From NCBI GenBank assembly GCA_021399395.1, contig JAAFKJ010000180.1:1-21378 (forward strand): DNA of 21,378 nt, in the 5' to 3' direction. This document shows, piece after piece, positions 17,545-21,378 of the stretch (the first letter of the stretch is position 1; the number at the start of each line of letters is the position of its first letter). Both the position numbers and the translations under genes were made by a program. The notes below the pieces were generated by a model. That model was not told the DNA's origin. It did not search any database and worked only from the letters and a program-made list of their open reading frames with translations. Source of the stretch: Candidatus Heimdallarchaeota archaeon. GTDB lineage: Archaea; Asgardarchaeota; Heimdallarchaeia; Heimdallarchaeales; Heimdallarchaeaceae.

Positions 17545-18300
17545 TTAGAAAAGGATTGATAGACAAGTTAGAGACGCTTGACATTTTTCAAACTCACTCA
17601 TATTTAGTGAAATAACTTCAAAACCTGCTTTTCTCACAATTTGGTGTGCATTTTGGAATTTATCAGACATAATCACAGTATCATTTACAGATAAGCAGTT
17701 TATAGAATAATATTCTTCTTTTGGTATTATGAGCAGTTCTAAATTTTTTATCAGAGGATGAGTTTCATATTCCTTCGAAGTAATTAGTATATTATTGTCC
17801 AAATATTTCATATAACTTTTCAGATGAACAATATCTGGATTTTCAATAGTATCAACTTGGACATCTAGCCACTCTCTCATTTGATCAACTCCCAATTTGT
17901 TAGTCCTTTGAGATATTCCACAAATTAGTCTTGCTGGCAAATGTACTACATCTCCCCCTTCAATAGTTGCAGGTTCTTCAGCTTTTGCAACTTTGAAATG
18001 TTGTTTTAAAGCTGCTTCAACTTCATCCTCTTCTCCGCGACGACTTTCAACTCCCATTCTAGTAATAAACGCTCTATCTCTATAAACCACCGCATTATCT
18101 TCAACAAAACAGGCATCTGGGTAATCATGTTTAGGCGGTAATTCAATCAATTCAAGTCCAAGTTCTCGCAAAGTTTTACAATATTCTTTATGTTGTTCTT
18201 TAGCCAAATCCAAACTCACAGTGTGTCCTAAGGGGTGAGAGGTTACACAATTTGTATAACTCTTACTAGGTTCTCGAACCAATGCCTTATTCGCCTTCAT
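17545..18300 (-). CDS. Dimethylargininase (DDAH)/amidinotransferase family
   Basis: PDACFVEDNAV, SRRGE, EGGDV, QRTN, HLKS and LTCLS catalytic motifs. Confidence 0.88.
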   Translation of the reverse strand: MKANKALVREPSKSYTNCVTSHPLGHTVSLDLAKEQHKEYCKTLRELGLELIELPPKHDYPDACFVEDNAVVYRDRAFITRMGVESRRGEEDEVEAALKQHFKVAKAEEPATIEGGDVVHLPARLICGISQRTNKLGVDQMREWLDVQVDTIENPDIVHLKSYMKYLDNNILITSKEYETHPLIKNLELLIIPKEEYYSINCLSVNDTVIMSDKFQNAHQIVRKAGFEVISLNMSEFEKCQASLTCLSILF

Positions 18301-18359
18301 GTCTATCTATTGATAATGTGAAGGAATGAGTTTAAATATTTCGCCTTTCACATTGAATT

Positions 18360-19187
18360 ATGGTTTTGATTGGACAAACTATTCAGACGTACAAGGGACT
18401 TGAATGTGAACATGTCATCAAGTTTGCAAAAACACTAGGTATAGAGTCGGGAGAGATTAATCCACAGGGAGTTAATCTAAAGAATGTTAACAAAATCATC
18501 GAAACACTAGATGGAATGATAACAACTTTCCACCTTCCAGTTGCGGAACTTGATGGGTTTGATTTTGCCTATCCTGAAAAACAAAAAGAGATTGATGATA
18601 TTATTAAACTCCTTAATGATTTTGGAGATAAAATGAACATAATTCTAGGTGTTTTTCATCCTGTTGAAACCCACGGTGATTTTGATACTCTAGTGAACAA
18701 TCTCAAACAGTTGAAAATCCCATTGGTTGTTGAAAATGTCTATCATATTTCTGATGAGGAGTTTATGGAACTCTATAAGAAATTCAAAGAGGAACTAGGT
18801 TCTCAACTAAAAGGCTGGTTATTTGATGTAGCACACTCCTATCTACTAAATGGTCCTGACACATATATGGATCTATTAGATAAGATGCCTTTTGATGAAT
18901 TGGAAGAAATTCATCTTTCGGATTGCATGGAAGGAGAGGATTCACATTATGCTTTTGGTGCTGGAGTACTGCCTGTTAATAAGATTCTTAAAGAAATCAA
19001 GGATAGAGGTTTTAGAAAGATAATAGTCAATGAAATTAATGCCTACCCAAGCATTTGGAGTACTGTTGACTCTTACAAAAAAGTTGCAAAGTATTTCAAG
19101 AAAGGATTGTACATCAAAGTTGCGCTTCGAAAACTAATTATGAAACCTTTTATACAAAGCAAGCTTAAGAATACGGGGATAAAATAG
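18360..19187 (+). CDS. Sugar-phosphate isomerase/AP endonuclease 2-like TIM-barrel protein
   Basis: FHLP, VFHP, VVENV, FDVAH, EIHLSD...DSH...G.G and IVNE metal-binding pattern. Confidence 0.8.
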   Translation: MVLIGQTIQTYKGLECEHVIKFAKTLGIESGEINPQGVNLKNVNKIIETLDGMITTFHLPVAELDGFDFAYPEKQKEIDDIIKLLNDFGDKMNIILGVFHPVETHGDFDTLVNNLKQLKIPLVVENVYHISDEEFMELYKKFKEELGSQLKGWLFDVAHSYLLNGPDTYMDLLDKMPFDELEEIHLSDCMEGEDSHYAFGAGVLPVNKILKEIKDRGFRKIIVNEINAYPSIWSTVDSYKKVAKYFKKGLYIKVALRKLIMKPFIQSKLKNTGIK

Positions 19188-19201
19188 ATTATTTAATCAT
19201 C

Positions 19202-19480
19202 CTAAGATTCTTTAACCGAGTCAACATAACCAAGCAATTGTTCTGAAAGATTTATCCATTTTAAGAAAGAATTTGAGGCGGCTCTGGCAGAAACAGAGTC
19301 TGCAGCATCAATATTAACTAATAGAGCATTATTCTCAACGTCTATTGTAGTTGTTGCTCTTTCATTTGGATCATACTTGGATTCCAACATAAGTGTTTCA
19401 TAAATTCGTTGTGTAGTCTCTTCATCTTTGAATCTAAGTTTCATAGAGATGTTGATTCCATTGATAACCCTATCATCCAT
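19202..19480 (-). CDS. pcc1: KEOPS complex subunit Pcc1
   Basis: LLVNIDAADSVSARAASNSFLKWI motif, located after the Brix gene in the exosome cluster. Confidence 0.85.
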   Translation of the reverse strand: MDDRVINGINISMKLRFKDEETTQRIYETLMLESKYDPNERATTTIDVENNALLVNIDAADSVSARAASNSFLKWINLSEQLLGYVDSVKES

Positions 19481-19494
19481 TCAAATCATCCTGG

Positions 19495-20058
19495 TTAAAT
19501 TAATGTTTCCTCAACTTTTCTATCCACTATTCTCAGCTTTATTCTAGGTCCAACTTGACTGTTTTCTTTATCTAGAAATTCGATAAAAATAATTCCTTCA
19601 TCCTTATCCAAATAGTCAGCATAAACAGTAACATAGTTTTTTTTCTCTATCTCTTCTATAGAAGCATTAGATATTCCCAGAAATTTCTTTAGTATTTCTT
19701 CTTCTTTTGGATTGTTCAAAGTCGAAATCATTATAGAAAATGAGGGTCTTGTTTTCTTTTTATTTTCTTTGTTGTAATCACGAAAAAGCGTAACACCCCG
19801 GATTTTAATCGCATAAGGGAGTTCTGTTATCTTTGCTGATAAATCATAAAATCTAACAAAATTAGGGTTACCTTTGACAGAGTTTACTATTATTGCGGTT
19901 TCAACACCTTGATTTTTCATTGATGTCAATCCATATTTTAAGGATGCTGAACCTCTTACTACACGTTTAGATCTTGGAACCACTGCAATTATATCGTGAA
20001 TAAACGATCTTGTTTTCTTCGCAGGATCGCGAGAAGTAGTGTAACCTATTTTACTCAT
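19495..20058 (-). CDS. Brix/Imp4-domain ribosome biogenesis protein
   Basis: YTTSRDPAKKTRSF, VVRG, KGNP, VGPRIKL. Likely start is ATG 20058, with TATA TTTTAAAA ~21 nt upstream. Confidence 0.85.
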   Translation of the reverse strand: MSKIGYTTSRDPAKKTRSFIHDIIAVVPRSKRVVRGSASLKYGLTSMKNQGVETAIIVNSVKGNPNFVRFYDLSAKITELPYAIKIRGVTLFRDYNKENKKKTRPSFSIMISTLNNPKEEEILKKFLGISNASIEEIEKKNYVTVYADYLDKDEGIIFIEFLDKENSQVGPRIKLRIVDRKVEETLI

Positions 20059-20141
20059 TAAACAAAAATGATATGTGGATTTTAAAATGTAAGCATTCAA
20101 AACAAAATAAAAAATGAAAATGGAAATGGAAAAGGAAGAGG

Positions 20142-20423
20142 TTAAAATTCTTCTTTTAATCCTTCAGAAATACGAGTAACTCTTCTTGTTATACTTCTTC
20201 CAGCACTGGTGTTTGGTTCCCAAGCACCACCTGCGATTTTTTCACCACATTTAGTGCACTCCCAAATCCCTAATCCTGCTCTTTTCAAAGTTCTCATATA
20301 ACAAACGGGACATTTATAGACAGCTTTGCTTTTTTCTTCAATTTGCCTAACTCTTTTTCTAATTGTACTTCCATATCTGGCACCATATCGTCCTGTTGTT
20401 CCTACTTTTTTTGTACGTGGCAT
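20142..20423 (-). CDS. rpl37ae: 50S ribosomal protein L37Ae (eL43)
   Basis: RTKKVGTTGRYGARYG, CPVC...GIWECTKC, AGGAW. Confidence 0.97.
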   Translation of the reverse strand: MPRTKKVGTTGRYGARYGSTIRKRVRQIEEKSKAVYKCPVCYMRTLKRAGLGIWECTKCGEKIAGGAWEPNTSAGRSITRRVTRISEGLKEEF

Positions 20424-20438
20424 CACTTACACCTCTTC

Positions 20439-21257
20439 TTACTTCGGAATCGCTTTCATCAGCTCTTTCCTTAAAGTTTTCGATACATTCAAACATTCTC
20501 TTACTTGAGTTTTAATCTCTTCTGGAGTATATACACCCAATTTACCCTTTTGCATTGAAACAATACGATCTTGCTCATCAAATCCGAAGGTAATTCTTGC
20601 ATCACTAATTTTATCCTCTTTACTATTTGGATCAAAAATATTGAAGTTACCTATTTTGTAACTTGTGACCGATACAGTATGATGATCAATTTTTAGAGGT
20701 TCAAGCTCTTCCAATATTTCTTTTTCCAGAGGTTCTTCAGATACAATCTTGACTTTTCGTATTTTAGTGGTTGCTAAAGCAGCCATTGCACCTAGTGCTG
20801 CAGCATCAAATAAGTTACCACCATCATTTAACACATACATATCAATAAAGAGTATCCATACTAATTTACCAGGAACCATACAAAGTTTAGACAAATCAAT
20901 AGCATGTGATTCTCTAATTGCTCTATCAGTTACACGAGCTAATTCTATAGCAGCTACTGATGGAGGACCGGTCTCAAAATATGGTGAGGCTAGCGGTGAA
21001 AGCTCACAACTGGTTGTAATAACACCACTGTCAGGAGTATCAGGAAATGGAGTACCTAAAATTGCTTTTATACCAACAATTATTCGAGTATCTCCAATTG
21101 ATACTACAGCTGAACCCTCTGCTTTCTGAACATATCCAGTTTCGATTGTGACTTCCCTGAATTCAGATAAATCTCTTCCATCAGTTCTTTTCTTCTGTTC
21201 CAATAAAGATTGGATGTGGTTTCTTTCTATTTCACTTATAACGTAATCGTTACCCAT
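20439..21257 (-). CDS. rrp42: Exosome complex component Rrp42
   Basis: RTDGR...KAEGSA, PFPDTP, FETGPP, IELARVTDR, GNLFDA. Start MGNDY at 21257 with GGAG RBS, 1 nt after the upstream stop. Confidence 0.95.
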   Translation of the reverse strand: MGNDYVISEIERNHIQSLLEQKKRTDGRDLSEFREVTIETGYVQKAEGSAVVSIGDTRIIVGIKAILGTPFPDTPDSGVITTSCELSPLASPYFETGPPSVAAIELARVTDRAIRESHAIDLSKLCMVPGKLVWILFIDMYVLNDGGNLFDAAALGAMAALATTKIRKVKIVSEEPLEKEILEELEPLKIDHHTVSVTSYKIGNFNIFDPNSKEDKISDARITFGFDEQDRIVSMQKGKLGVYTPEEIKTQVRECLNVSKTLRKELMKAIPK

Positions 21258-21258
21258 T

Positions 21259-21378
21259 TTATTCAGCTCCTGTCTTTTCTTGAACATCTACTTTGGGTTC
21301 CTCTTTCTTAGGTTCCTCTTTCTTAGGTTCCTCTTTCTTAGGTTCCTCTTTCTTAGGTTCCTCTTTCTTAGGTTCCTC
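21259..21378 (-). CDS. C-terminal tail of upstream gene, probably exosome Rrp41 (truncated by window)
   Basis: Reads (EEPKK)5-EEPKVDVQEKTGAE*. Identity is inferred only from the conserved rrp41-rrp42 gene order. Confidence 0.55.
   Translation of the reverse strand, partial: EEPKKEEPKKEEPKKEEPKKEEPKKEEPKVDVQEKTGAE
21296..21378. repeat. Perfect 15-bp tandem repeat GGTTCCTCTTTCTTA, >=5.5 copies, running off the window end
   Basis: Read directly; encodes EEPKK on the minus strand. Confidence 0.95.

Noticed and set aside
1935-21129. Antisense or overlapping ORFs (1935-2408, 3803-4018, 4358-4891, 6081-6350, 6515-6697, 13001-13222, 13568-13777, 14218-14427, 14747-14938, 15194-15394, 16092-16599, 16920-17204, 17299-17490, 20326-20508, 20749-21129)
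   Set aside because: Shadows of well-supported genes, with no recognisable motifs.
21296-21378. CRISPR array
   Set aside because: Head-to-tail 15-bp units with no spacers, and an in-frame coding explanation.

Overview
AT-rich archaeal chromosomal window, most likely from an Asgard archaeon (inferred from a longin-like gene, an Asgard-style RING finger and the archaeal information-processing genes). Left to right: 3' end of an ABC substrate-binding protein; a DNA2/Cas4-like nuclease-helicase with a C-terminal RING finger; a solo TnpB with a rearranged RuvC site and a structured 3' omega-RNA-like region; a longin-like protein; a ~6 kb accessory block of secreted/surface proteins (two beta-helix proteins, one split by a (GA)6 frameshift, an anchored hypothetical, an S8 protease); a 57-aa ferredoxin missing from the ORF track; a TrmB-like protein with a very long coiled-coil insert; a PRTase; a wHTH protein; RFC large subunit; a membrane protein; a DDAH-like amidinohydrolase; a TIM-barrel enzyme; and the exosome cluster (pcc1, Brix, rpl37ae, rrp42, and a probable rrp41 tail with an EEPKK repeat). 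The most novel signal is in the accessory block. Three paralogous minus-strand structured elements (73, 73 and 49 nt) separate the surface-protein genes. Each has a TATA box at transcription-start distance, a pyrimidine-rich tail and a 9-bp closing stem, and copies 1 and 2 share a covarying CCAC-loop hairpin. An 86/87-bp direct repeat links copies 2 and 3 to the ferredoxin stop codon, suggesting a cassette-like array organised around an unnamed small RNA or ssDNA site.
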